Below are positions 1 to 14,800 of a DNA stretch of 64,000 bases, in pieces; the first letter of the stretch is position 1, and each line of letters begins with the position of its first letter. Source of the DNA: the human T2T-CHM13v2.0 reference genome, Homo sapiens; the NCBI RefSeq assembly GCF_009914755.1, contig NC_060933.1; one strand, written 5' to 3'. Both the position numbers and the translations under genes were made by a program. Below the pieces are notes generated by a model, which made no database searches, was not told the DNA's origin, and worked only from the letters and a program-made list of their open reading frames with translations.

Positions 1-129
1 TTCCATTCCATTCCATTCCATTCCATTCCGTTCCTTTCCATTCCATTCCATTCCATTCTATTCGGGTTAATTCCATTCCATTCCATTCGATTGCAATCGA
101 GTTGATTCCATTCCATTGCATTCCATTCC

Positions 130-2450
130 ATTCGATTCCATTCGATTGCACTCGGGTTGATTCCATTCCATTGCATTCCATTCCATTCCATTACATTCCA
201 CTCCATTCCGTTCCATTCCTTTCCATTACATTCGGATTGATTCTATTCAATTCCCTTACACTCCATTACATTCCATTCCATTCGGGTAGTTTCCACTCCA
301 TTCCATTCCATTTCTCTCCATTCCATTGCACTCGGGTTGATTCCATTCCATTGCATTCCATTCCATTCGGGTAGTTTCCACTCCATTCCATTCCATTCCT
401 CTCCATTCCATTGCACTCGGGTTGATTCCATTCCATTGCATTCCATTCCATTCGGGTACTTTCCACTCCATTCCATTCCATTCCTCTCCATTCCATGGCA
501 CTCGGGTTGATTCCATTCCATTGCATTCCATTCCATTCCATTCAATTCCATTCCGTTCCATTCCATTCCATTACATTCGGATTGATTCTATTCAACTCCC
601 TTACTCTCCATTACATTCCATTCCATTCGGGTTGTTCCATTCCATTCCATTCCATTCCTCTCCATTCCATTGCACTCGGGTTTATTCCATTCCATTCCAT
701 TCCATTCCATTCCATTCCATTCCATTCCGGAAGATTCCATTCCATTGCATTCCATTCCATTCCTTTCCCCTGCACTCGCGTTGATTCCATTCCATTCCTT
801 TCCATTCCATTCCATTCCATTCCTTTCCGTTCCATTCCATTCCATTCCATTCCATTCGGTTCCGTTCCGTTCCGTTCCGTTCCATTCCATTCCATTCCAT
901 TCTATTCGGGTTAATTCCATTCCATTCCATTCGACTGCAATCGAGTTGATTCCATTCCATTCCATTCCATTCCATTCCATTCCATTCCATTCTTTCCATT
1001 CCATTCAAGTTGAATCCATTCCATTGCATTCCATTCCATTCCATTCCCCTGCAGTCGGATTGATTCCATTCCATTCCATTCCATTCCATTCCATTCCATT
1101 CCTTCCATTCCATTCCATTCCGTTCCGTTCCGTTCCGTTCCGTTCCATTCCATTCCATTCTATTCGGGTTAATTCCGTTCCATTCCATTCCATTCCATTC
1201 CATTCCAATCGAGTTGATTCCATTCCATTCCATTCCATTCCATTCTACTCCATTCCAGTCCTTTCCATTCCATTCCACTCGGGTTGATTCCAATGTATTC
1301 CTTTCCATTCCATTGCATTACATTGCAATCGAGTTGATTCCATTGCTTTGCATTCCATTCCATTCCATTCCATTCCGGATGATTCCATTCCATTGCATTC
1401 CATTCCATTCCATTCCCCTGCACTCGGGTTGATTCTATTCCATTCCATTCCGTTCCGTTCCATTCCATTCCATTCCATTCTATTCGGGTTAATTCCATTC
1501 CATTCCATTCGATTGCAATCGTGTTGATTCCATTCCATTCCATTCCATTCCATTCCATTCCATTCCATTCCTTTCCATTCCATTACGGATGATTCCATTC
1601 CATTGCATTCCATTCCATTCCATTCCCCTGTACTCGGGTTGATTCCATTCCATTGCATTCCAATCCATGCCCTTCCACTCGTGTACATTCCATTCTTTCC
1701 ATTCCATTCAAGTTGAATCCATTCCATTGCATTCCATTCCATTCGATTCCATTCGATTGCACTCGGGTTGATTCCATTCCATTGCATTCCATTCCATTCC
1801 ATTCCGTTCCATTCCTTTCCATTACATTCGGATTGATTCTATTCAATTCCCTTACACTCCATTACATTCCATTCCATTCGGGTAGTTTCCATTCCATTCC
1901 ATTCCATTCCTCTCCATTCCATTGCACTCGGGTTGATTCCATTCCATTGCATTCCATTCCATTCCATTCAATTCCATTCCGCTTCATTCCATTCCATTAC
2001 ATTCGGATTGATTCTATTCAACTCCCTTACTCTCCATTACATTCCATTCCATTCGGGCTGTTCCATTCCATTCCATTCCATTCCACTCCATTCCATTGCA
2101 CTCGGGTTTATTCCATTCCATTCCATTCCATTCCATTCCATTCCATTCCATTCCGGAAGATTCCATTCTATTGCATTCCATTCCATTCCATTCCCCTGCA
2201 CTCGCGTTAATTCCATTCCATTCCATTCCATTCCGTTCCGTTCCATTCCATTCCATTCCATTCCATTCCGTTCCGTTCCATTCCATTCCATTCCATTCTA
2301 TTCGGGTTGATTCCATTCCATTCCATTCGACTGCCATCGAGTTGATTCCATTCCATTCCATTCCATTCCATTCCATTCCATTCCATTCCATTCCATTCCT
2401 TTCCATTCCATTACGGATGACTCCATTCCATTGCATTCCATTCCATTCCA
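130..2450 (+). repeat. Diverged ~1.4-1.6 kb duplication (~130-950 vs ~1740-2350)
   Basis: HSE motif 724 vs 2150 and GGGTTTATT 678 vs 2104 (offset 1426). TTCGATTCCATTCGATTGCACT 131 vs 1742 (offset ~1611). The offset difference is largely explained by the 85-bp triplication. Confidence 0.7.
281..535 (+). repeat. 85-bp unit x3 tandem within HSat3
   Basis: TTCGGGTA(G/C)TTTCCACTCC at 281, 366 and 451, each followed by CTCTCCATTCCAT(T/G)GCACTCGGGTTG. Confidence 0.85.
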
Positions 2451-5400
2451 TTCCTCTGTACTCGGGTTGATTCCATTCCATTCCATTCCACTCCATTCGG
2501 TTCCGTTGCATTCCATTCTATTGCATTCCATTCTATTCGGGTTAATTCCATTCCATTCTATTCCATTCCATTCCATTCCATTCCATTGCAATGGAGTTGG
2601 TACGATTCCATTCCATTCCATTCCGGATGATTCCATTCCATTGCATTCCATTCCATTCCATTCCCCTGCACTCGTGTTGATCCCATTCCCTTCCATTCCA
2701 TTCCATTCCGTTCCATTCCATTCCATTCCATTCTATTCCGGTTAATTCCATTCCATTCCATTCCATTCCATTCCCTTCCATTCCATTGCAATCGAGTTGA
2801 TTCCATTCCATTCCTTTCCATTCCATTCCATTGTCTTGCATTCCACTCGGGTTGATTCCATTCCCTTCTTTCCACTCCATTACATTCCCTTCCATTCCAC
2901 TCGGAATGATTGATTCCATTCCATTCCATTCCATTCCATTCCATTGCAATCCATTCCAATCCATTCCATTCCATTCCATTCCACTCGAGTTGACTTCATT
3001 CCATTCCTTTCCATTCCATTCCATTCCTTTCCACTCGAGTTGATTCCATTCCATTCCATTCCATTCCATTGCATTCCATTCCATGCCATTCCACTCGGGT
3101 TGATTCCATTCCTTTGCATTCCATTCCATTCCATTCCATTCCATTCCGTTGCATTCCATTCCATTACATTCGGATTGATTCTATTCAACTCCCTTACTGT
3201 CCATTACATTCCATTCCATTCTGGTTGTTCCATTCCATTCCATTCCATTCCACTCCATTCCATTGCACTCGGGTTGATTCCATTCCATTCCATTCCATTC
3301 CATTCCATTCCATTCCATTCCATTCCGGATGATTCTATTCCATTGCATTCCGTTCCATTACATTCCCCTGCACTCGCGTTGATTCCATTCCATTCCATTA
3401 CATTCTATTCAATTCCATTCCATTACAATTCGTTCCATTCCATTCTATTCCGTACCATTCCATTCCTTTCCATACCATTCCATTCCATTCCATTCCATTC
3501 CATTCCATTCCGTTCCATTCCGTTCCATTCCATTCCATTCTATTCGGGGTAATTCCATTCCATTCCATTCCATTCCATTCTATTCCATTCCATTGCAATC
3601 GAGTTGAATCCATTTCATTTCATTCCATTCCATTCCATTCCATTCCGTTTGATTCCATTCCATTGCATTCCATTGCATTCCATTCCCCTGTACTCTGGTT
3701 GATCCCATTCCATTGCATTCCATTCCATTCCATTCCATTCCATTCCATTCCGTTCCGTTCCATTCCATTCCCTTCCATTCTGTTCAGGTTAATTCCATTC
3801 CATTCCATTCCCTTCCATTCCACTCCATTCCATTCCATTCCATTCCATGCCATTCCACTCGGGTTGATTCCATTCCTTTCCATTCCATTCGAGTTGAACC
3901 CATTCCATTCCATTCCATTCCATTCCATTCCATTCCACTCGGGTTGATTCCATTCCTTTCCATTCCATTCGGGTTGAAACCATTCCATTCCATTCCATTC
4001 CTTTCGATTCCATTCCATTTCACTCTGGTTGATCCCATTCCTTTCCATTCCATTCGGGTTGAATCCATTCCATTCCATTCCATTCCATTTGATTCCAATC
4101 CATTGAACTCGGGTTGATTCCATTCCATTCCATGCCATTCCATTTCATTCCATTCCGTTCCATTCCATTCCATTACATTCGGATTGATTCTTTTTAATTC
4201 CCTTACACTCCATTACATTCCTTTCCATTCGGGTACTTTCCATTCCATTCCATTCCATTCCACTGCATTCTATTGCACTCGTGTTGATTGATTCCATTCC
4301 ATTGCATTCCATTCCATTCCATTCCCCTGCTCTCGGGTTGATCCCATTGCATTGCATTCCATTCCATTCCATTCCATTCCATTCCATTCCGTTCCATTCT
4401 ATTCCATTCCATTCTGTTCAGGTTAATTCCATTCCATTCCATTCCCTTCCATTCCATTCCATTCCATTCCATCCCATTGCAATCTAGTTGATTCCATTGC
4501 ATTCCATTCCATTCCATTCCATTCCATTCCATTGCATTCCATTCCATTCCATTCTCCTGCACTCAGATTGATTCCATTCCATCCCATTCCATTCCATTCC
4601 GTTCCATTACATTCCATTCCATTCTATTCGCGTTAATTCCATTCCATTCCATTCCATTACATTCCATTGCAATCGAGTTGATTCCATTCCATTCCGTTCC
4701 ATTCCATTCCATTCCATTCCATTTCGTTCCATTCCATTTTATTCTGTACCATTCCATTCCATTCCATTACATTCCATTCCATGCCATTCCAGTCGGGTTG
4801 ATTCCATTGCTTTCCATTCCATTTGGGTTGAATACAATCCATTCCATTCCATTCCATTCCATTCCATTGCACTAGGTTTGATTCCATTCCACTGCATTCC
4901 ATTCCATTCCATTCCGTTCCATTCCATTCCATTACATTCGGATTGATTGTATTCAATTCCCTTACACTCCATAACATTCCATTCCATTCGGGTTGTTTCC
5001 ATTCCATTACATTCCATTCCACTCCATTCCATTGCACTCAGGTTGATTCCATTCCATTCCATTCCATTTCGTTCCATTCCATTCTATTCCGTACCATTCC
5101 ATTCCATTCCATTCCATTCCATGCCATTCCACTCAGGTTTATTACATTCCTTTCCATTCCATTCGGGTTGAATCCATTCCATTCCATTCCATTCCATTCC
5201 ATTCCATTCCTTTGCACTCGGGTTGATTCCATTCCATTCCCTGCCATTCCATTTCATTCCATTCCATTCCATTCCATTCCATTCCATTCCGTTCCATTCC
5301 ATTCCATTACATTCGGATTGATTGTATTCAATTCCCTTACACTCCATTACATTCCATTCCATTCGCGTTGTTTCCCTTCCATTACATTCCATTCCACTGC

Positions 5401-6445
5401 ATTCCATTACCCTCAGGTTGATTCCATTCCATTCCATTCCATTCCATTCCATTCCATTCCATTCCATTCCATTCCATTCTATTCCGTACCATTCCCTTCC
5501 ATTCCATTCCATTCCACTCCATTCCATGCCATTCCACTCGGGTTTATTCCGTTCCTTTCCATTCCATTCGGGTTGAATCCATTCCATTCGGGTTGAATCC
5601 ATTCCATTCCATTCCATTCCATTCCATTCTATTCCATTCCATTCCATTCCATGCCATTCCACTCGGGTTGATTCCATTCCTTTCCATTCCATTCGAGTTG
5701 AACCCATTCCATTCCATTCCATTCCATTCCATTCCATTGCTCACGGGTTCATTCCATCAAATTCCATTCCATTCCATTCCATTCCATTCCATTTCGTTCC
5801 ATTCCATTCTACTCCGTACCATTGCATTCCATTCCATTCCCTTCCATGCCATTTCACTCGGGTTTATTCCTTTCCTTTCCATTCCATTCGGGTTGAATCC
5901 ATTCCATTCCATTCCATTGCATTCCATTCCATTCCATTCCCCTGCAATCGGGTGGATTCCATTCTATTCCATTCCATTCCATTCCATTCAATTCCATTCC
6001 ATTCCATTCCATTCCATTTCGTTCCATTCCATTCTATTCCGTACCTTTCCATTCCATTCCATTCCGTTCCATTCCATTCTATTCCATACCTTTCCATTCC
6101 ATTCCATTCCATTCCATTCCATGCCATTCCACTCCATTCCATGCCATTCCACTCGGGTTGATTCCATTACTTTCCATTCCATTTGGGTTGAATCTAATCC
6201 ATTCCATTCCATTCCATTCCATTCCATTGCACTAGGTTTGATTCCATTTCACTGCATTCCATTCCATTCCATTCCATTAAATTCCATTCCACTCGGGTTG
6301 ATTCCATTCCTTTCCATTCCATTCGTGTTGAATCCATTCCATTCCATTCCATTACTTTCGATTCCATTCCATTGCACTCGGGTTGAACCCATTCCATTGG
6401 ATTCCATTCCATTCCATTGCATTCCATTCCGTTCCATTCCATTCC

Positions 6446-6545
6446 ATTACATTCGTATTGATTCTATTCACTTCCCTTACACTCCATTCCATTCCATTAC
6501 ATTCGTATTGATTCTATTCAGTTCCCTTACACTCCATTCCATTCC
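6446..6545 (+). repeat. 50-bp tandem duplication
   Basis: ATTACATTCGTATTGATTCTATTCA(C/G)TTCCCTTACACTCC at 6446 and 6496. Confidence 0.9.
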
Positions 6546-9500
6546 ATTCCATTCGGGTTGTTTCCATTCCATTCCATTCCATTACACTCCATTCCATTGC
6601 AATCGGGTTGATTCCATTCCATTCCATTCCATTCCATTCCGTATGATTCCATTCCATTGCATTCCATTCCATTCCATTCCCCTGCACTCAGGTGGATTCC
6701 ATTCTATTCCATTCCATTCCATTCCACTCTATTCCATTCCATTCCATTCCATTCCATTCCATTCCATTCCATTCTATTCGGGTTAATTTCATTCCATTCC
6801 ATTCCATTTCATTCCATTGCATTCCATTCCATTCCATTGAAATCGAGTTGATTCCATTTCATTCCATTCCATTCCATTCCATTCCATTCCATTCCATTGC
6901 ATTCTATTCCGGTTAATTCCATTCCATTCCATTCCCTTCCATTCCATTCCATTCCATTCTATTAGGGTTAATTCCATTCCATTCCATTCCATTACATTCC
7001 ATTGCAATCGAGTTGATTCCATTCCATTCCATTCCATTCCATTCAATTCCGGATGATTGCATTCCATTGCCTTCCATTCCATTCCATTCCCCTGCACTCG
7101 GGTTGATTCCATTCCATTCCTTTCCATTCCATTCCATTCCTTTCCATTCCATTACGGATGATTCCATTCCATTGCATTCCATTCCATTCCATTCCCCTGT
7201 ACTCGGGTTGATTCCATTCCATTCCATTCCAATCCATGCCATTCCACTCGTGTTGATTCCATTCTTTCCATTCCATTCAAGTTGAATCCATTCCATTGCA
7301 TTCCATTCCATTCCATTCCCCTGCAGTCGGGTTGATTCCATTCCATTCCATTCCATTCCATTCCATTCCATTCCATTCCGTTCCGTTCCATTCCATTCCA
7401 TTCCATTCTATTCGGGTTAATTCCATTCCATTCCATTCCATTCCATTCCAATCGAGTTGATTCCATTCCATTCCATTCCATTCCATTCCACTGCATTCCA
7501 GTCCTTTCCATTCCATTCCACTCGGGTTGATTCCATTGTATTCCTTTCCATTCCATTCCATTCCATTGCAATCGAGTTGATTCCATTGCTTTGTATTCCA
7601 TTCCATTGCATTCCATTCCGGATGATTCCATTCCATTGCATTCCATTCCATTCCATTCCCCTGCACTCGCGTTGATTCCATTCCATTCCATACCATTCCA
7701 TTCCATTCCATTCCATTCCTTTCCGTTCCATTCCATTCCATTCCATTCCATTCCATTCCATTCCATTCCCTTTCGTTGCATTCCATACTATTCCGTACCA
7801 TTCCATTCCATTCCATTCCTTTCCATCCCATTCCATTCCACTCGTGTTCATTCCATTCCTTTCCATTCCATTCGATTTGAAGGCATTCCATTCCATTCAA
7901 TTCCATTCCATTCCATTCCATTCCATTCCATTCCATTCCATTCCATTGAATTGAACTTGGGTTGATTCCATTCCATTGCATTCCATTCCATTCCATTCCA
8001 CTCCATTCCATTGCACTCGGGTTGATTCCATTCCATTCCATTCCTTTCCATTCCATTCCATTCCATTCCAGATGATTCCATTGCATTGCATTCCGTTCCA
8101 TTACATTCCCCTGCACTCGGGTTGATTCCATTCCATTCCATTCCATTCCATTCCATTCCATTCCATTCCATTACAATTCGTTCCCTCCATTCTATTCCGT
8201 ACCATTCCATTCCATTCCATACCATTCCATTCCATTCCATTCCATTCCATTTCATTCCATTCCGATCCATTCCGTTCCATTCCATTCGATTGCAATCGAG
8301 TTGATTCCATTCCATTCCATTCCATTCCATTCTATTCCATTCCATTGCACTCGAGTTGTATCCATTGCATTTCATTCCATTCCATTCCATTCCATTCCGG
8401 AAGATTCCATTCCATTGCATTCCATTCCATTCTATTACCCTGCACTCGCGTTGATTCCATTCCATTCCATTCCATTCCATTCCACTCCATTCCGTTCCGT
8501 TCCATTCCATTCCATTCCATTCTATTCCATTCCGTTCCGTTCCATTCCATTCCATTCCATTCTATTCAGGTTAATTCCATTCCATTCCATTCGATTGCAA
8601 TCGAGTTGATTCCATTCCATTCCATTCCTTTCCATTCCATTACGGATGATTGCATTCCATTGCATTCCATTCCATTCCATTCCCCTGTACTCGGGTTGAT
8701 TCCATTCCATTCCATTCCAATCCATGCCATTCCACTAGTGTTCATTCCATTCTTTCCATTCCATTCAAGTTGAATCCATTCCATTGCATTCCATTCCATT
8801 CGATTCCATTCGATTGCACTCGGGTTGATTCCATTCCATTGCATTCCATTCCATTCCATTCCGTTACATTCCATTCCATTACATTCGGATTGATTCTATT
8901 CAATTCCCTGACACTCCATTACTTTCCGTTCCATTCGGGTAGTTTCCATTCCATTCCATTCCATATCTCTCCATTCCATTGCACTCGGGTTGATTCCATT
9001 CCATTGCATTCCACTCCATTCCATTCCATTCCATTCCATTCCATTCCATTCCGTTCCATTCCATTCCATTCCATTCCGGAAGATTCCATTCCATTGCATT
9101 GCATTCCATTCCATTCCCCTGCACTCGCGTTGATTCCAGTCCATTCCATTCCATTCCATTAGATTCCATTCCATTCCATTCCTTTCCGTTCCATTCCATT
9201 CCATTCCATTCCATTCCATTCCATTCCATTCCATTCCATTCCATTCCATTCCATTCCACTCGTGTTGATTCCATTCCTTTCCATTCCATTCGGTTTGAAG
9301 GCATTCCATTCCATTCCATTCCATTCCATTCCATTCCATTCCATTCCATTCCATTCCATTGTACTCGGGTTGATTCCATTCCATTGCATTCCATTCCATT
9401 CCATTCCATTCCATTCCGTTGCATTCCATTCCATTACATTCGGATTGATTCTATTCAACTCCCTTACTCTCCATTACATTCCATTCCATTCGGGTTGTTC

Positions 9501-11394
9501 CATTCCATTCCATTCCATTCCACTCCATTCCATTGCACTAGGGTTGATTCCATTCCATTCCATTCCATTCCATTCCGGATGATTCCATTCCATTGCATTC
9601 CGTTCCATTACATTCCCCTGCACTCGCGTTGATTCCATTCCATTCCATTCAATTCCATTCCATTATAATTCGTTCCATTCCATTCTATTCCGTAACATTC
9701 CATTCCATTCCATACCATTCCATTCCATTCCATTCCATTCCATTCCGTTCCATTCCGTTCCATTGCATTCCATTCCATTCTATTCGGGTTAATTCCATTC
9801 CATTCCATTCCATTCCATTCTATTCCATTCCATTGCAATCGAGTTGAATCCATTGCATTTCATTCCATTCCATTCCATTCCATTCCATTCCACTCGAGTT
9901 GATTTCATTCCATTCCTTTCCATTCCATTCCATTCCTTTCCACTCGAGTTGATTCCATTCCATTCCATTCCATTGCATTCCATTCCATGCCATTCCACTC
10001 GGGTTGATTCCATTCCATTCCATTCCATTCCATTCCATTCCATTCCATTCCATTGCATTCCATTCCATTCCTTTCCCCTACACTCGGGTTGATTCCATTC
10101 CATTCCATTCCATTTAATTCCATTCCATTCCATTCCATTCCATTCCATTCCAATCCCTTCCATTCCATTCCATTCTATTCCATTGCAATCGACTTGATTC
10201 CATTCCATTCCATTCCATTACATTCCATTCAATTACATTCCATTCCATTTTGTTCCAATCCATTCTATTCCGAACCATTCCATTCCATTCAATTCCATTC
10301 CATTCCTTTCCATTCCATGGCATTCCACTCGGGTTGATTCCATTCCTTTCCATTCTATTCGGGTTGAATCCAATCCACTCCATTCCATTCCATTCGAATC
10401 CATTCCATTGCACTCGGGTTGATTCCATTCCATTCCATTCCATTCGATTCCATTCCATTCCATTCCATTCCGTTCAATTCCATTTCATTACATTCAGATT
10501 GATTCTATTCAATTCCCTTACACTCCATTATATTCCAATCCATTCTGGTTGTTTCCATTCCATTCCATTCCATTTCACTCCATTCCATTGCACTCGGTTT
10601 GATTCCATTCCATTCCATTCCGGATGATTCCATTCCATTGCATTCCATTCCATTCCATTCCCCTGCACTCAGGTTGATTCCATTCCATTCCATTCCACTC
10701 CTTTCGGTTCTGTTCCATTCCATTCTATTGCATTCCATTCTATTCGGGTTAATTCCATTCCATTCTATTCCATTCCATTCCATTCCATTCCATTGCAATG
10801 GAGTTGATTCCATTCCATTCCATTCCATTCCGGATGATTCCATTCCATTGCATTCCATTCCTTTCCATTCCCCTGCACTCGTGTTGATTCCATTACCTTC
10901 CATTCCATTCGTTTCTGTTCCATTCCATTGCATTCCATTCTATTCCGGTTAATTCCATTCAATTCCATTCCATTCCATTCCATTCCATTGTAATCGAGTT
11001 GATTCCATTCCAATCCTTTACATTCCATTCCATTGCCTTGCATTCCAATCGGGTTGATTCCATTCCCTTCTTTCCACTCCATTACATTCCATTCCATTCC
11101 ACTCGGAATGATTGATTCCATTCCATTCCATTCCATTTCATTCCGTTGCAATCCACTCCAATCTATTCCATTCCATTCCATTCCACTCAAGTTGATTTCA
11201 TTCCATTCCTTTCCATTCCATTCCATTCCTTTCCACTCGAGTTGATTGCATTCCATTCCATTCCATTGCATTCCATTCCATGCCATTCCACTCGGGTTGA
11301 TTCCATTCCATTCCATTCCGTTGCATTCCATTCCATTCCATTCCTTTCCGTTCCATTCCATTCCATTCCATTCCATTCCATTCCATTCCTTTCC

Positions 11395-11860
11395 ATTCCA
11401 GTCTTTTCCATTCCATTCCAGTCGGGTTGATTCCATTCTATTAGTTTCCATTCCATTCCATTCCCTTCCATTCTACTCTGGTTGATTCCATTCCTTTCCA
11501 TTCCACTCGAATACATTCCCTCCTATTCCACTCGGAACGATTCCATTCCATTCCATTCCATTCCATTCCATTCCATTCCATTCCATTTCGTTCCATTCCA
11601 TTCCATTCCATTACAATCGAGTTGATTCCATTCCATTCCATTCCATTCCATTCCAGTCCTTTCCATTCCATTCCACTCGGGTTGATTCCATTCTATTAGT
11701 TTCCATTCCATTCCATTCTCTTCCATTCTACTCTGGGTGATTCCATTCCTTTCCATTCCACTCGAATACATTCCCTCCTATTCTACTCGGAACGATTCCA
11801 TTCCATTCCATTCCATTCCATTCCATTCCATTCCATTCCATTTCGTTCCATTCCATTCTC
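11395..11860 (+). repeat. 255-bp tandem duplication
   Basis: CTCGAATACATTCCCTCCTATT at 11506 and 11761, each preceded by TTCTATTAGTTTCC and CTACTCTGG. Confidence 0.85.
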
Positions 11861-14800
11861 TTCCGTATCATTCCATTCCATTCCATTCCATTCCCTTCCA
11901 TTCCATTCCATTACACTCCACTCGTGTTGATTCCATTCCTTTCCATTCCATTCGGTTTGAAGGCATTCCATTCCATTCCATTCCATTCCATTCCATTCCA
12001 TTGTACTCGGGTTGATTCCATTCCATTGCATTCCATTCCATTCCAATCCGTTGCATTCCATTCCATTACATTCGGATTGATTCTATTCAACTCCCTTACT
12101 CTCCATTACATTCCATTCCATTCGGGTTGTTCCATTCCATTCCATTCCATTCCACTCCATTCCATTGCACTCGGGTTGATTCAATTCCATTCCATTCCAT
12201 TCCATTCCATTCCGGATGATTCCGTTCCATTGCATTCGGTTCCATTACATTGCCCTGCACTCGCGTTGATTCCATTCCATTCCATTCCATTCCATTCCTT
12301 TCAATTCCATTCCATTACAATTCGTTCCATTCCATTCTATTCCGTACCATTCCATTCCATTCCATACCATTCCATTCCATTCCATTCCATTCCATTCCAT
12401 TCCATTCCGTTCCGTTCCATTCCGTTCCATTCCATTCCATTCCATTCTATTCGGGTTAATTCCATTCCATTCCATTCCAATCTATTCCATTCCATTGCAA
12501 TCGAGTTGAATCCATTGCATTTCATTCCATTCCATTCCATTCCATTCCATTCCATTGCAATCGAGTTGAATCCATTGCATTTCATTCCATTCCATTCCAT
12601 TCCATTCCATTCCGGAAGATTCCATTCCATTGCATTCCATTCCATTCCATTCCCCTGCACTCGCGTTGATTCCATTCCATTCCATTCCATTCCATTCCAT
12701 TCCATTCCGTTCCGTTCCGTTCCATTTCATTCCATTCCATTCCATTCCATTCCGTTCCGTTACATTCCATTACATTCCATTCTATTCGGGTTAATTCCAT
12801 TCCATTCCATTCGATTGCAATCGAGTTGATTCCATTCCATTCCATTCCATTCCGTTCCGGATGATTCCATTCTATTGCATTCCATTCCATTCCATTCCCC
12901 TGCAGTCGGGTTGATTCCATTCCATTCCATTCCATTCCATTCCATTCCATTCCGTTCCATTCCATTCCATTCCATTCTATTCGGGTTAATTCCATTCCAT
13001 TCCTTTCCATTCCATTCCATTCCATTCCAATCGAGTTGATTCCATTCCATTCCATTCCATTCCATTCCACTCCATTCCAGTCCTTTCCATTCCATTACAC
13101 TCGGGTTGATTCCGTTCTATTCCTTTCCATTCCATTCCATTCCATTGCAATCTAGTTGATTCCATTGCTTTGCATTCCATTCCATTCCATTCCATTCCGG
13201 ATGATTCCATTCCATTGCATTCCATTCCATTCCATTCCCCTGCACTCGGGTTGATTCCATTCCATTCCACTCCATTCCGTTCCATTCTAGTCCATTCCAT
13301 TGTATTCGGGTTAATTCCATTCCATTCCATTCCATTCCATTCCATTACAATATAGTTGATTCCATTCAATTCCATTCCATTCCATTCCATTCCAGTCCTT
13401 TCCATTCCATTCCACTCGGGTTGATTCCATTCTATTAGTTTCCATTCCATTCCATTCCCTTCCATTCCAATCTGGTTGATTCCATTCCTTTCCATTCCAC
13501 TCGAATACATTCCCTCCTATTCCACTCAGAACGATTCCATTCCATTCCATTCCATTCCATTCCATTCCATTCCAGTTCGTTCCATTCCATTCTATTCCGT
13601 ACCATTCTATTCCATTCCATTCCTTTCCATTCCATTCCATTCCACTCGTGGTGATTCCATTCCTTTCCATTCCATTCGGTTTGAAGGCATTCCATTCCAT
13701 TCAATTCCATTCCATTCCATTCCATTCCATTCCTTTCCATTCCATTCCATTGTACTCGAGTTGATTCCATTCCATTGCATTCAATTCCATTCCATTCCAT
13801 TCCATTGTACTCGAGTTGATTCCATTCCATTGCATTCCATTCCATTCCATTCCATTCCATTCCGTTGCATTCCATTCCATTACATTCGGATTGATTCTAT
13901 TCAACTCCCTTACTCTCCATTACATTCCATTCCATTCGGGTTGTTCCATTCCATTCCATTCCATTCCACTCCATTCCATTGCACTCGGGTTGATTCCATT
14001 CCATTCCACTCCATTCCGTTGCATTCCATTCCATTCCATTGTATTCGGGTTAATTCCATTCCATTCCATTCCATTCCATTCCATTCCATTACAATCGAGT
14101 TGATTCCATTCCATTCCATTCCATTCCATTCCAGTCCTTTCCATTCCATTCCACTCGGGTTGATTCCATTCTATTAGTTTCCATTCCATTCCGTTCCCTT
14201 CCATTCCAGTCTGGTTGATTCCATTCCTTTCCATTCCACTCGAATACATTCCCTCCTATTCCACTCGGAACGATTCCATTCCATTCCATTCCATTCCATT
14301 CCATTCCATTCCATTCCATTCCATTCCATTCCATTCCACTCGTGTTCATTCCATTCCTTTCCATTCCATTCGGTTTGAAGGCATTCCTTTCCATTCCATT
14401 CCATTCCATTCCATTCCATTCCATTGTACTCGGGTTGATTCCATTCCATTGCATTCCATCCCATTCCATTCCATTCCAATCCGTTGCATTCCATTCCATT
14501 ACATTCGGATTGATTCTATTCAACTCCCTTACTCTCCATTAAATTCCATTCCATTCGGGTTGTTCCATTCCATTCCATTCCATTCCACTCCATTCCATTG
14601 CACTCGGGTTGATTCCATTCCTTTCCATTCCATTCCATTCCATTCCGGATGATTCCATTCCATTGCATTCCGTTCCATTACATTCCCCTGCACTGGCGTT
14701 GATTCCATTCCATTCCATTCCATTCAATTCCATTCCATTACAATTCGTTCCATTCCATTCTATTCCGTACCATTCCATTCCATTCCATACCATTCCATTC

